A stretch of DNA of 64,000 nt from Gammaproteobacteria bacterium (GTDB taxonomy: Bacteria > Pseudomonadota > Gammaproteobacteria > Ga0077554 > Ga007554), in the NCBI GenBank assembly GCA_040183005.1, contig JAMPIW010000009.1:50876-114875 (forward strand), read 5' to 3'. This document shows positions 33,517 to 43,512 of the stretch, in pieces. A model generated the notes under the pieces. That model did no database searches. It was not told the origin of the DNA and saw only the letters and a list, made by a program, of their open reading frames with translations. A program made the translations under genes and the position numbers. Each line of letters begins with the position of its first letter. The stretch's first letter is position 1.

Positions 33517-36120
33517 CTAAAACCGGCGACCGGACTCCGGCTCCAAAGGAGGCTGGAGCCGCCCGGCTTGTCGTGCCTGCACAGCTGCGCCAGCGCGCAG
33601 GCTGGTGTCGAAGCCGGTGGTGAAGTCAATGCCGCCGAGGTCGCTGTCGGTGAGGGTGACCAGCTTGGGTTGCTCCAGGGTGAGATAGCCGCCACAGGCT
33701 TCGCCGGGGTCGCAGATGATCTGGTTGTTGTTGGAGTCCGACCCGGCGATGACCTGGTAGGTACCCGCCACAACGCCAGTGAGGTTGTAGCGGTACTGGC
33801 CGCTGGCATTGACACCAACGGCAGCCTGCCTCATGACTTTGCCAGTAGCGGGGTCGATCAGCAGCACATAGTGATAACCGGCATCCGGGCTGGCGATGGC
33901 GCCTGGCCCGCCTACCTGCAGTGTGACACGCAGCGCCACGGTATTCGCGGAGGAGGTGAAGGTGAGGGTGGCAGCATACGCGCCGATAGCGAGGCCGCTA
34001 CGGTCTACCTTCACCGTATAAACACCCAGCTTGGTGCTGGGGTCAACGGATTTTTCCGTGACACTCAACCATGGGGCGTCATCCGTCGGTGCATTTACGC
34101 TGACTGCGCCACCGATGCTCCCGACAGCAAGGTCGATTTCTGTGGATACAAGGCCGAAGTTGAGAGTGGCGGGGCTGATAATCAGTGTTGGCTTGAGTGC
34201 ACTACTTTGGGCTGCCGAGACCGCCTTGTACGCATCTATCAACCCATGACCGTATTTATCATCACGCCCCGAATCGCCGATATCCTGGGTGATATCGCCC
34301 TGTATCAGAAACATATCAACGATATCCGGCGTCAATCCGGGATTCACCGCCTTCATCAAGGCAATCACACCCGCCACATGTGGTGTGGCCATTGAGGTGC
34401 CTTGCAGAAAGCTGTAGGTGTATTGGACAGTACCCCCCGTATCATCGCCGCGCGTACTGAGAATACCGTCGGGAAATCCATCCCCGTTGATATCTTTACG
34501 GCTGTCGCCACCCGGTGCGGCCACGTCGATATTCGCGCCATAGTTGGAGTAGTAGGCCAGCCCCTTGGCGGTATCCACCGCGCTCACCGAGATTACACCG
34601 GTGTAGGAGGCGGGATAGAAGGCGGTGCTGCTCGCCTCGTTGCCGGCGGCAGCCACGACGATCACGCCCTGCGCACGGGCCTTGGTATAGACATCCTGCT
34701 CAGCCTGGGAATAACCGCTGCCGCCCAGGCTCAGGTTGATGATGTCCGCGCGCTGATCGGGAACCTTGCCGGAATCATTGATTAACCCCGCCGCGTAACG
34801 CACCGCCTGGAGGATGTCATAGCTGGTACCTCCCAGTTTGCCGAGCGCGCGCAGCGGCATGGCCTTGGCGCCCCACGCCACCCCCGCCACTCCCTTGCCA
34901 TTATTGGTGGCTGCGGCGATGGTGCCCGTCACATGGGTGCCGTGAAAACTGCTGCCCGTCGGACCCTGGTCGCCGGGGTCAGCGGGATCGCTGTCGATGC
35001 CGTCACCGTCCAGGGCACTGGTTGGATTTTTGATGAAATCGTAGCCGGGGACGAGCTGGCCTTGCAGGTCTGGGTGGCCGAGCAACACGCCGGTATCGAT
35101 CACCGCAACGATCACGTTGCTGTTGCCGGTGGTGATATCCCAGGCCTGCGGCAGATTGATCAGCGGATAGTGCCACTGGCGGGAATAAGATTCATCGTTG
35201 GGAATCGCAGTGGCGGTGCGGATGTAGTTGGGCTCGGCATAGGCGACATCGGCGCGGCGGCGCAGGGCCTTGATGGCCTGGATTGTCTCGCGTTTGAGTT
35301 GGACTTGCTCGCTGGCAGGTGCCTGATTGAGCGGCACATCAGAGGTGGATATCCCCAGTGCCCGGCGCATCTGGCTGCGCTGCTGCACATCGCCCAGACC
35401 CAACAGTATGGGTCGGCCCGCCGCACCCGCTTTGGCTGCCAAGCCCAGCGCTTGGGCGCTACCAGCCGCGCCTTTGGCAACAGACGCATCGTCCTTGAAA
35501 CGCACGATGATCTCGCCCGGCACAAAATCGCTACCCAGCCGCAGCGAGGAGGCTTCCGCCTGGGACGAATTAAAGCCGATGGTGAGGGTATAGGTGGAGG
35601 CGGCACCGGTATAGGCAAAAACCTCGACATAATACGTGCCCGGCACAACCACTTTGATCGACTCGACCCTGGTTACATCTTCCGTGCTATCCACCAAGGT
35701 TCCGTTCTGGCTATAAAGATAGACATCCAGATCGTTTGCGGCAGGGTTCGACTCACCAATGCTGAGTGTAATGATCTGATTAGCCGCGAGTGTAACCTTG
35801 TAGAAGTCCGAGACATCTCCCCGCATTTGCGACCTACCCGGCATCCCTGCCCTCGGTTGATTGACATACCCCCCAATCGCCACTGGATTGCCGACTGGCT
35901 GGGCATGGTCGAAATCGTCATTCGGCGCATACGGTGCGGCGAGGTCATTGACATCGCTATCCATCGCCGTATACACCGCAGCGCTGATCGCACCGCTGAT
36001 CGCATAGGTTTTCTCCGCTGGTGATGGAGGCGTGCCACCACCACCGCCCCCACCACACCCGCTCTGCGCGGCGGCAAGGACGACTATCACACTAAAGAAA
36101 AATCGCCGCCAAATTTTCAT
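33517..36120 (-). CDS. S8 subtilisin-family serine peptidase, predicted lipoprotein with extra N- and C-terminal domains
   Basis: 867 aa with lipobox LAAAQSGC. Catalytic triad motifs VIDTGV (Asp), HGTHVTGTIAA (His) and GTSMATPHVAG (Ser). Confidence 0.85.
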   Translation of the reverse strand: MKIWRRFFFSVIVVLAAAQSGCGGGGGGGTPPSPAEKTYAISGAISAAVYTAMDSDVNDLAAPYAPNDDFDHAQPVGNPVAIGGYVNQPRAGMPGRSQMRGDVSDFYKVTLAANQIITLSIGESNPAANDLDVYLYSQNGTLVDSTEDVTRVESIKVVVPGTYYVEVFAYTGAASTYTLTIGFNSSQAEASSLRLGSDFVPGEIIVRFKDDASVAKGAAGSAQALGLAAKAGAAGRPILLGLGDVQQRSQMRRALGISTSDVPLNQAPASEQVQLKRETIQAIKALRRRADVAYAEPNYIRTATAIPNDESYSRQWHYPLINLPQAWDITTGNSNVIVAVIDTGVLLGHPDLQGQLVPGYDFIKNPTSALDGDGIDSDPADPGDQGPTGSSFHGTHVTGTIAAATNNGKGVAGVAWGAKAMPLRALGKLGGTSYDILQAVRYAAGLINDSGKVPDQRADIINLSLGGSGYSQAEQDVYTKARAQGVIVVAAAGNEASSTAFYPASYTGVISVSAVDTAKGLAYYSNYGANIDVAAPGGDSRKDINGDGFPDGILSTRGDDTGGTVQYTYSFLQGTSMATPHVAGVIALMKAVNPGLTPDIVDMFLIQGDITQDIGDSGRDDKYGHGLIDAYKAVSAAQSSALKPTLIISPATLNFGLVSTEIDLAVGSIGGAVSVNAPTDDAPWLSVTEKSVDPSTKLGVYTVKVDRSGLAIGAYAATLTFTSSANTVALRVTLQVGGPGAIASPDAGYHYVLLIDPATGKVMRQAAVGVNASGQYRYNLTGVVAGTYQVIAGSDSNNNQIICDPGEACGGYLTLEQPKLVTLTDSDLGGIDFTTGFDTSLRAGAAVQARQAGRLQPPLEPESGRRF

Positions 36121-37117
36121 AATAGTTCCGATACCCCAGCAGGTGTGCAGCCTTCAACGCCAACTCAATACACCACCTGGTTCCGCCCCCCTCTTTGGCC
36201 TGATACAGCTTGGTATCGGCGCATTCAAGGATGGCTTCCACTGACTGCGGCCCTTGCTCCGCACCACTATAGAAACAGACACCGAGTGAGGCAGTGACGG
36301 AAAGGTTACCCGCAGCGGTTTTGACTGGCCGCTGATCGATAGCGCGCAGGATACGCTCAAAGAGCGCGGGGTTGGATTGGTTAGCATCCGCGCAATACAT
36401 GATCACCGCAAACTCCTCTCCACCCATGCGCACCACAACATCGGTTGGGCGCACTGCGCGGCGCAGACGATTGGCGACGGCCACCAGTACCTCGTCGCCC
36501 ACCGCATGTCCATAGCTGTCATTCACGGCCTTGAAGTGGTCGATGTCTGCGATAGCAAGGTAAATGGCGCCGCCACGCGTGGCGGTTTCCAGCATCAACG
36601 CTTCCAGATGGGTGCGCATATAACGCCGGTTGCCAAGACCGGTGAGCGGGTCCGTGGTCGCCAACTCTTCCAGACGCAGGTTGTGAGCGGCCAGGTTCTG
36701 GGCAGTTTCAAACAGCGTATTCTGCAACGCAGCAATGCGCCCGGCGGCATGGAGGCGCGCGGCGAGCTCCCGTTCATCGACGGGCTTTGTCAGATAGTCA
36801 TCGACACCGCGCTCAAAGGCAAGCACGAGATTCTCCACGCCCTCCTTTGCGGTAAACAGGATGACGGAGGTATAGTGGTTGCCGGCCTCATCCTGCTGAC
36901 GGATGTGATTGGTGAGTTCCAGGCCATCCATCTCAGGCATCACCCAGTCCGCCAGCACGACATCGGCGGGGCGATGCGCCAGCAGTGTCAGCGCCTCACC
37001 GGCGGAGCTGGCCGTACGGACATCGCGATAACCGCTATTGGCAAGCGCGACGCATACGGCCTCGCGGCCAAGATGCATATCGTCTACCACGACGATGGAG
37101 AGATCGTTGTTGATCAT
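36092..37117 (-). CDS. Response regulator with REC and GGDEF (diguanylate cyclase) domains
   Basis: 341 aa with receiver Asp region (VVLADWVMPEMDG) and RMGGEEF in the C-terminal domain. Confidence 0.85.
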   Translation of the reverse strand: MINNDLSIVVVDDMHLGREAVCVALANSGYRDVRTASSAGEALTLLAHRPADVVLADWVMPEMDGLELTNHIRQQDEAGNHYTSVILFTAKEGVENLVLAFERGVDDYLTKPVDERELAARLHAAGRIAALQNTLFETAQNLAAHNLRLEELATTDPLTGLGNRRYMRTHLEALMLETATRGGAIYLAIADIDHFKAVNDSYGHAVGDEVLVAVANRLRRAVRPTDVVVRMGGEEFAVIMYCADANQSNPALFERILRAIDQRPVKTAAGNLSVTASLGVCFYSGAEQGPQSVEAILECADTKLYQAKEGGGTRWCIELALKAAHLLGYRNYYENLAAIFL

Positions 37118-37305
37118 AACTGGCTGGCTCGCTTGAGAAACGTGCTAAGTATAGACCGATGAGGCTGGGTTCGCCTCCCGCGCGCGGCATCTGACGCATC
37201 ACATGCACAGCCGGTCAGCGCATGGGAAGCAACCCATTTTCACTTTAAGATACAAAAATTACAACAGCGGGCCTTGCTATGGCAAAGAACGGTAGATAAG
37301 TTCAT

Positions 37306-38343
37306 ATGCGCGAAATAGACGGTTCACACGGTGAGGGCGGTGGGCAGTTGATCCGCACGGCGGTGGCCTTGGCTGCGATATCGGGGACAGAGGTCTTGAT
37401 ACGCAACGTCCGCGCAAGACGCGCCAATCCCGGCTTGGCCGCGCAGCATGTGGCCGCCGTGCGGGCGGTAGCCGCGCTGTGCGACGCCCAGGTGAACGGC
37501 CTGCAAGTGGGTTCCCAGGAGCTGACTTTCCGGCCCGGGCGGCTGCATGGCGGCAGCTTTCACTTCGACGTAGGCACGGCAGGAAGTCTTACCCTGGTGC
37601 TGCAGGCTGTGCTCCCAGCGGCAGTGGCCTGCGGTGAGACGGTTCACCTGCGGCTGACTGGCGGCACCGACGTGAAGGCCGCACCACCTCTGGATTATCT
37701 GTGCCATGTATTACTGGCCCTGCTGACACACATGGGGCTGCAAACCCGCGTGATGGTGCTCAGGCGCGGCTATTATCCGCGCGGCGGCGGGGAGATCGAG
37801 ACGGAGATACTCCCAGTGACCGCCCTGCATCCACTGGTGCTGGACACACCCGGCCCTCTCGAAGCGATCCGGGGCATCGCACACATCGCCAATCTGCCGG
37901 GCCACATCGTCGAGCGCATGAAACAGGCGGCGCTGCAGGAAATCATGGGATTCCCTGACGCACACATAGAAGGCCGGGGGCTGGGGCGGGACGATGCCAT
38001 TGGACAAGGCGGGGCCGTGGTGCTGTGGGCAAAGACGGCCCATACCCTATTGGGTGCCGCAACAGTAGCCGAACGCGGCGTGCCCGCCGAACGGCTAGGC
38101 GAGGAAGCAGGACGGGCACTGCGCGCCGAGATCCAGAGTGGCGCAACCCTGGACATTCACACTGCGGACCAGATGCTGATCTATCTGGCCATGGCGCACG
38201 GTCCCTCGCGCTTCCTTGTCCGCACCCTCTCCTCCCATGCGCAGACCACGATATGGCTGCTGGAACAGTTCCTGCCGGTGCGCTTCGTGGTAACGCCAGC
38301 GGGGGAGCTGACACGCGTTGATGTCTATCCCTCGGCCACATAA
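37306..38343 (+). CDS. rtcA: RNA 3'-terminal phosphate cyclase
   Basis: 345 aa containing IDGSHGEGGGQLIRTAVALAAISG. Confidence 0.85.
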   Translation: MREIDGSHGEGGGQLIRTAVALAAISGTEVLIRNVRARRANPGLAAQHVAAVRAVAALCDAQVNGLQVGSQELTFRPGRLHGGSFHFDVGTAGSLTLVLQAVLPAAVACGETVHLRLTGGTDVKAAPPLDYLCHVLLALLTHMGLQTRVMVLRRGYYPRGGGEIETEILPVTALHPLVLDTPGPLEAIRGIAHIANLPGHIVERMKQAALQEIMGFPDAHIEGRGLGRDDAIGQGGAVVLWAKTAHTLLGAATVAERGVPAERLGEEAGRALRAEIQSGATLDIHTADQMLIYLAMAHGPSRFLVRTLSSHAQTTIWLLEQFLPVRFVVTPAGELTRVDVYPSAT

Positions 38344-38407
38344 GGGTACCTCTATAAATTCGATCAGGGCGCGAGGGCAAGGCGAAAATGGAGGCGCCAA
38401 TAATCTG

Positions 38408-39205
38408 TCACCTCTCCTCCCCTTTCGCCCTATCCCACAACGCATCCATCTCCTCCAGCGTAGCCTCCTGCGGCGTTCTGCCTTGCTCCCCAAGCAATGC
38501 TTCGATCCGCCGGAAACGCCGTTCGAATTTGGAGCAGGCCACACGTAGCGCGGCCTCGGCATCGATGTTGGCGTGACGGGCGAGGTTGACGGCGACGAAC
38601 AGCAAGTCGCCGATCTCATCCTCCATGCGCTCGGGCGGAGCGCCTTGTGCAATCTCGGCATGGATTTCCGCCGTCTCTTCCTCGAGTTTTTCCATAACCT
38701 GGTTAATATGCGGCCAATCGAACCCGACCGTTGCTGCGCGGTTTTGCAGTTTTGCAGCGCGTGTCAGACCGGGCAGGGCACGTGCTACACCATCAAGAAT
38801 GCTGGCAGGCCGATCTTCGGCCCGGGCGCGTTCGGCACGCTCGCCAGCCTTGTGCTCTTCCCAGGCCAGTGACTGATCGGCGGCGGATGCGATTTTCGCC
38901 TCGCCGAAGACATGTGGATGGCGGCGGACGATCTTGCCGATAATCGCGGCGACAACGTCATCAAAGTCAAACTGACCAGCCTCGCTCGCCACCTGGGCAT
39001 AGAACACCACCTGAAACAGCAGATCACCCAGCTCCGCACACAACTCATCCGTATCACCCTGCGCAATCGCATCTGCCACCTCGTAGGCCTCTTCAATGGT
39101 GTGGGGCACCAGGCTGGCGAAGGTTTGCTCGCGATCCCAGGGGCAACCATCCTTGGGATCACGCAACCGTGCCATAATGTCCAGAAGTTGATCTATATTG
39201 TTCAT
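38408..39205 (-). CDS. mazG: Nucleoside triphosphate pyrophosphohydrolase MazG
   Basis: Tandem MazG domains. Start set at MNNIDQL (ATG at 39205) with a GAGGAG RBS. Confidence 0.85.
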   Translation of the reverse strand: MNNIDQLLDIMARLRDPKDGCPWDREQTFASLVPHTIEEAYEVADAIAQGDTDELCAELGDLLFQVVFYAQVASEAGQFDFDDVVAAIIGKIVRRHPHVFGEAKIASAADQSLAWEEHKAGERAERARAEDRPASILDGVARALPGLTRAAKLQNRAATVGFDWPHINQVMEKLEEETAEIHAEIAQGAPPERMEDEIGDLLFVAVNLARHANIDAEAALRVACSKFERRFRRIEALLGEQGRTPQEATLEEMDALWDRAKGEER

Positions 39206-39267
39206 GCGCTCCTCATTTTTTATCGCAATAGGCCCGCGACTATTGTTTACTATTATCAGCCAATGCC

Positions 39268-40512
39268 GTGAGGAAAACATTTTTCATGCCCCCATCCCGC
39301 AAGAAACTCCTGGCCGCCACCGTCGTCGTGCTAATCCTCGGGGCGATGGCCTACTATTATCGCCAAAGCCAGGAGATGACCGTGGAAACAACGCCCGTCA
39401 AGCGGGGCGATCTGGTGATCACGGTCACCCCTACGGAAACTGGGACGGTGGATACTGACGCAACAGCTCTTGTGAAAGCTGAAATTGCAGCCCAGGTGAT
39501 CGAGGTCCGGGTGCAGGAAGGGAATGTGGTCAAGACCGGCGACACCCTGATGCGCCTTGATGCGGAGCAGGCACAGGCCAAGCTTAATCTGGCGCGTTCA
39601 GCGCTGGAAGCGACGCACTCCCGCCTCGCCTCGGCGCACATCGCGCTGCAAATGGATAAGGCGCGCACCGCCGCAGCGCTGGCGGAGGCCAAGGCACGGC
39701 TAGGCGACGCAACACAGAAATACGACAAGAAAAAACAGCTCTTCGACAAACGCCTGATCCCTCTCGGCGAGATGGAGACCAGTGCTGCCGAATTGGATGT
39801 GGCGCGAGCTGCGCTCAACACCGCTCAGGCGAACCTCCAGCAAGCAGGCGTACAGGAGCGGCAAGTCAAGACAGCGGAGGCCGATGTCAAGCAGCAGGAA
39901 GCCTCGTTGCGCGTGGCACAGTTAAACCTGGATTACACCACGATCCGCACACCCATGAACGGCACGGTCATGGAAATACCTGTCAAGGCAGGCGAGCTGG
40001 TCCAGCCCGGCACGCCAGTGGCTCGCGTCACACGCATGAGCGGGCTTTATGTAAAGGCGCTGGTGGACGAAGTAGACCTTAGCCGGTTACGGCTCGGGCA
40101 AGCCGCCGAGATCAAATTCGATACCCTGCCCGATAAAAAATTCAGCGCCACCCTATTTGAGATTTCGCCTGGCGTGTCCGTGGAAAAACTCAAGAGCCGC
40201 AACGTCACCGTGAAGCTGCGCCTGACCGATCCGCCCCCCTTCCTCCGCCCCGGCATGTCCGCCGATGTGGAAATCATTGTGAACACGCTCAAGAACATAC
40301 TCTACGCCCCCGCCCAGACGATCATGTCCAAGGATAAGGAACACTACGTCTATGTGATCGAGGGCGGCAAGGTTGCCAAACGCGTCATCACCCTCGGCCA
40401 GTCAAACTGGGATTCCACTGAGGTGCGCAAAGGACTCAGCGAAAACGAGCGGATCATCACCTCGCTCGATCAGGAAGGGTTACAACCCGGCGTGCGCGTG
40501 CGGCAGAAATAA
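39268..40512 (+). CDS. HlyD/MacA-family periplasmic adaptor subunit
   Basis: 414 aa with N-terminal TM segment, coiled-coil and beta-barrel regions. An alternative start at 39286 is possible. Confidence 0.8.
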   Translation: MRKTFFMPPSRKKLLAATVVVLILGAMAYYYRQSQEMTVETTPVKRGDLVITVTPTETGTVDTDATALVKAEIAAQVIEVRVQEGNVVKTGDTLMRLDAEQAQAKLNLARSALEATHSRLASAHIALQMDKARTAAALAEAKARLGDATQKYDKKKQLFDKRLIPLGEMETSAAELDVARAALNTAQANLQQAGVQERQVKTAEADVKQQEASLRVAQLNLDYTTIRTPMNGTVMEIPVKAGELVQPGTPVARVTRMSGLYVKALVDEVDLSRLRLGQAAEIKFDTLPDKKFSATLFEISPGVSVEKLKSRNVTVKLRLTDPPPFLRPGMSADVEIIVNTLKNILYAPAQTIMSKDKEHYVYVIEGGKVAKRVITLGQSNWDSTEVRKGLSENERIITSLDQEGLQPGVRVRQK

Positions 40513-40533
40513 CGCCCAATAAGCAGGTTTGTG

Positions 40534-40689
40534 ATCCACGAAAAACACGAAAGGCACGAAAACATGGGCAAGGTTGTTGGCGCAACAATGCGCCTGGGTT
40601 TGCTAGTCAACTTCAGCTGCTATCCGAAAGCAACCGTCGAACGGATTGTGCTATGGAGCTTTTTCGTGCCTTTCGTGTTTTTCGTGGAC
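40534..40689. repeat. CACGAAA-iteron inverted-repeat element, copy B
   Basis: 29-bp arms ATCCACGAAAAACACGAAAGGCACGAAAA at 40534-40562 and TTTTCGTGCCTTTCGTGTTTTTCGTGGAC at 40661-40689, an inverted repeat with one mismatch. Each arm is three 9-bp CACGAAA units; the spacer is 98 bp. Confidence 0.6.
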
Positions 40690-40718
40690 GGCGCATAACA
40701 TCAAAGAAGAGATTAAAA

Positions 40719-41432
40719 ATGTCCGGCGCCCCCCTCATTCAGCTTAACGATGTCACCAAAGTGTATGTCACGGGAGCGATCCGCTATGAGGTGCTCAAGG
40801 GCATCAGCATCGAGGTGCGCCGAGGCGAATATATCGCCTTAATCGGCGCCTCCGGTTCCGGCAAATCCACCCTGCTGAACATCCTCGGCTGCCTGGATGT
40901 GCCCACCTCTGGCCATTACCGCCTCGAAGGAGAAGAAATATCGGCCAAGAGCGACACGGAGCTGGCGCACATCCGCAACCGCTTTTTCGGCTTCGTGTTC
41001 CAGTCATTCAACTTGTTGGGGCGCTACACCGTCGCCGAGAACGTGGCATTGCCCATGGTCTACCACGGACTGGGCCGCCGTGAACGCCTCGACAAGGCCA
41101 AGGCGCTGCTCGCCCGCGTCGGCCTCGGTGAGTTCACCGGCCATTATCCGTCGGAACTGTCAGGAGGGATGCAGCAGCGCGTGGCCATCGCCCGCGCCTT
41201 GGCCAATAATCCGGCAGTGCTGTTCGCCGACGAACCCACCGGCAACCTGGACAGCAAGACCGGCATGGAGATCATCTCGCTGTTCGAGCAACTCAATGCA
41301 GAGGGCACGACGCTGGTGGTCGTCACCCACGATACGCGGGTGGCACAACACGCGCGGCGCGTGCTCACACTGGCCGATGGGCGTATGCTCACCGACAAGC
41401 AGAATTCAATCACGGAACTGACGGGAGCATAA
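40719..41432 (+). CDS. ABC transporter ATP-binding protein (MacB/LolD-type)
   Basis: Walker A GASGSGKST, signature LSGGMQQR and Walker B LFADEPTGNLD. Start set at MSGAPLIQLN. Confidence 0.85.
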   Translation: MSGAPLIQLNDVTKVYVTGAIRYEVLKGISIEVRRGEYIALIGASGSGKSTLLNILGCLDVPTSGHYRLEGEEISAKSDTELAHIRNRFFGFVFQSFNLLGRYTVAENVALPMVYHGLGRRERLDKAKALLARVGLGEFTGHYPSELSGGMQQRVAIARALANNPAVLFADEPTGNLDSKTGMEIISLFEQLNAEGTTLVVVTHDTRVAQHARRVLTLADGRMLTDKQNSITELTGA

Positions 41433-41437
41433 GCGCC

Positions 41438-42640
41438 ATGAATCCGTTCGAGCACCTGCGCATCGCCTTCGACGCCTTGCTCGCCAACAAGATACGCGCC
41501 TTCCTGACCATGCTCGGTGTCATCATCGGCGTGGCCTCGGTGATCATGCTGGTCGCCATCGGCGAGGGCGCCCAGACATACATCCGCAAGGAATTGATGG
41601 GCATCGGCACCAACCTGCTGATCATCGTCCCCGGCAAAACCGAAACTACCGGCATGGGCCGCATGCCGTCAGGTATACAAAAAATCACTATCGCCGATCT
41701 ACGCGCGCTGGAAAAACGCGCCACCCTGCTTAACGGCCTGAGCGCGGTAGTCGTCAGCAACGCCCCAGTCAAATATCAAAACCGCCTGCGCAATGTCGAG
41801 ATCATCGGCACCGACCAGAATTTTGAACAGGTACGCAATCTGCATGCGGAAATCGGCTCGTTCATCTCCAAGGCCGATGTCGATGCGCAGCGCCGCGTGG
41901 CGGTGATCGGCCGCACTGTCAGGAAGGAGCTGTTCGGCGAGGCCAACCCTCTGGGACGCACCGTCAAGATCGGCGAGACCAAGTTCCGCGTCATCGGCAT
42001 CATGGAAAGCAAAGGCGTCACGCTGGGCATGGACATCGACGATCACGTCTTCATTCCGGTGGAGACCGCCCAGGCAATCTTCGACCAGGATGGCCTGACC
42101 AACATCCTCACCCAGGCCATCAACGAAAACACCGTCGAGCGCGCCAAGGAGCAAATCAAGGCCATCATGATCCAGCGCCACGCAGGCGAAGAAGACTTCA
42201 CCATCATCAGTCAACAGGCCATGCTCTCCACCATGCAGACCATCCTGACCACCTTCACCTATGTCCTGGGCGGCATCGCCAGCATCTCGCTGCTGGTCGG
42301 CGGCATCGGCATCATGAACATCATGCTGGTATCGGTGCGCGAACGCACCCGAGAGATCGGCCTGCGCAAGGCCATCGGCGCCTCGCAACGCGACATCCTG
42401 CTGCAGTTCGTCATCGAGTCCGTAACGCTCTCGGTAATCGGCGGCATCATCGGTATCCTGTTCGGCGCCGGCGTCGCCTACGGCGCCAAGGCTGCCTTCC
42501 CGGTACTGCCCGTCGATGTGAGTGCCTGGTCGGTGGCGCTGGCCTTCACCTTTGCCTTTTTTGTCGGCGCCTTCTTCGGCATTTACCCTGCCATGAAAGC
42601 GGCGCGGCTTAATCCCATTGAGGCGTTAAGATACGAATAA
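41438..42640 (+). CDS. ABC transporter permease (FtsX/MacB-type)
   Basis: 400 aa with MacB_PCD and FtsX-like organisation and four predicted TM segments. Confidence 0.85.
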   Translation: MNPFEHLRIAFDALLANKIRAFLTMLGVIIGVASVIMLVAIGEGAQTYIRKELMGIGTNLLIIVPGKTETTGMGRMPSGIQKITIADLRALEKRATLLNGLSAVVVSNAPVKYQNRLRNVEIIGTDQNFEQVRNLHAEIGSFISKADVDAQRRVAVIGRTVRKELFGEANPLGRTVKIGETKFRVIGIMESKGVTLGMDIDDHVFIPVETAQAIFDQDGLTNILTQAINENTVERAKEQIKAIMIQRHAGEEDFTIISQQAMLSTMQTILTTFTYVLGGIASISLLVGGIGIMNIMLVSVRERTREIGLRKAIGASQRDILLQFVIESVTLSVIGGIIGILFGAGVAYGAKAAFPVLPVDVSAWSVALAFTFAFFVGAFFGIYPAMKAARLNPIEALRYE

Positions 42641-42658
42641 CACGGGAGGAATACTCCA

Positions 42659-42877
42659 ATGCGAGATTGGCTTGAGCCACACCTGTTCGGCGTACTGCTG
42701 GGCATTGAGATTATGTGGGTAGCGGGTTTTCTGGCGGTATTTGTGATCTATTTCGCGATCAGACTCAAGATCAAAAAAGATAAAAAAATGCGGGACAAAA
42801 GCCTACGCAAGGACAAAGCCCCAAGGAAGATTAGAGCAAATCCTCAGTCCTGCTTTTTTTCAGGGCGCGGCTCATAA
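42659..42877 (+). CDS. Candidate small membrane protein
   Basis: 72 aa with one hydrophobic segment then a Lys/Arg-rich tail. GGGAGGA RBS. Confidence 0.4.
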   Translation: MRDWLEPHLFGVLLGIEIMWVAGFLAVFVIYFAIRLKIKKDKKMRDKSLRKDKAPRKIRANPQSCFFSGRGS

Positions 42878-43350
42878 GACGGTTTTGACCACCAGAAATA
42901 CCGCGAAGCCGCATGCTCCCAGCGTGACAAGACTCCATACTCAAAGGCCTGCTCAGGGTCGGCATATCGCCCCATAGCAGTATTGTGCTTGTAAAACCCG
43001 AACTTTCTATAAAATCTCTGCTTGTCGGGCGGGGCCGTAAGGTAAACCTTGCCAAAGGGAAGCTTCGCCAGAAGCGCCTCCATCAACACGCTGCCAACCC
43101 CCATGCCCTGATACTCTATGGCTACCACAACATCAAATACGGTAGCGTAATACACCCCGTCCGAGGTCGCGCGGGCTGCGCCGATCAGCTGGATATCGTC
43201 ATAGGCAAAGCACGAAACATAGCTGTTCTCAAACGCCCGTTGTATATCAGGCGGATCTCTCTTGGCAAACGGTGCTTTTTCAAATATTTCGGCCAGGCGC
43301 GCCCAGTCCACGCCATTCCTGTCGTGCACAACTAAAAATCTGCTGCCCAT
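42844..43350 (-). CDS. GNAT family N-acetyltransferase
   Basis: Start set at MGSRFLVVHD (ATG at 43350) with a GGAGGTG RBS. Contains QGMGVGSVLMEAL. Confidence 0.7.
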   Translation of the reverse strand: MGSRFLVVHDRNGVDWARLAEIFEKAPFAKRDPPDIQRAFENSYVSCFAYDDIQLIGAARATSDGVYYATVFDVVVAIEYQGMGVGSVLMEALLAKLPFGKVYLTAPPDKQRFYRKFGFYKHNTAMGRYADPEQAFEYGVLSRWEHAASRYFWWSKPSYEPRPEKKQD

Positions 43351-43512
43351 GTAACACCTCCGTGTGGTGAACACCGCTGCCCCAGTAATCCATACTATAT
43401 CCGCAAGCACTTGTCAACTTACTTTCCGCTGACCCGCGAGCAAAAAATGATTGACAATCATTCTCATTTGCATTTATAAATAACATCAGGTTATTACACC
43501 GGGTGATTGATC

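Noticed and set aside
33409-36024. Several long plus-strand ORFs (328, 363, 127 aa) antisense to the S8 protease gene
   Set aside because: All are embedded antisense to a gene with a clear catalytic triad. Gly/Ala/Arg-rich artefacts of high GC.
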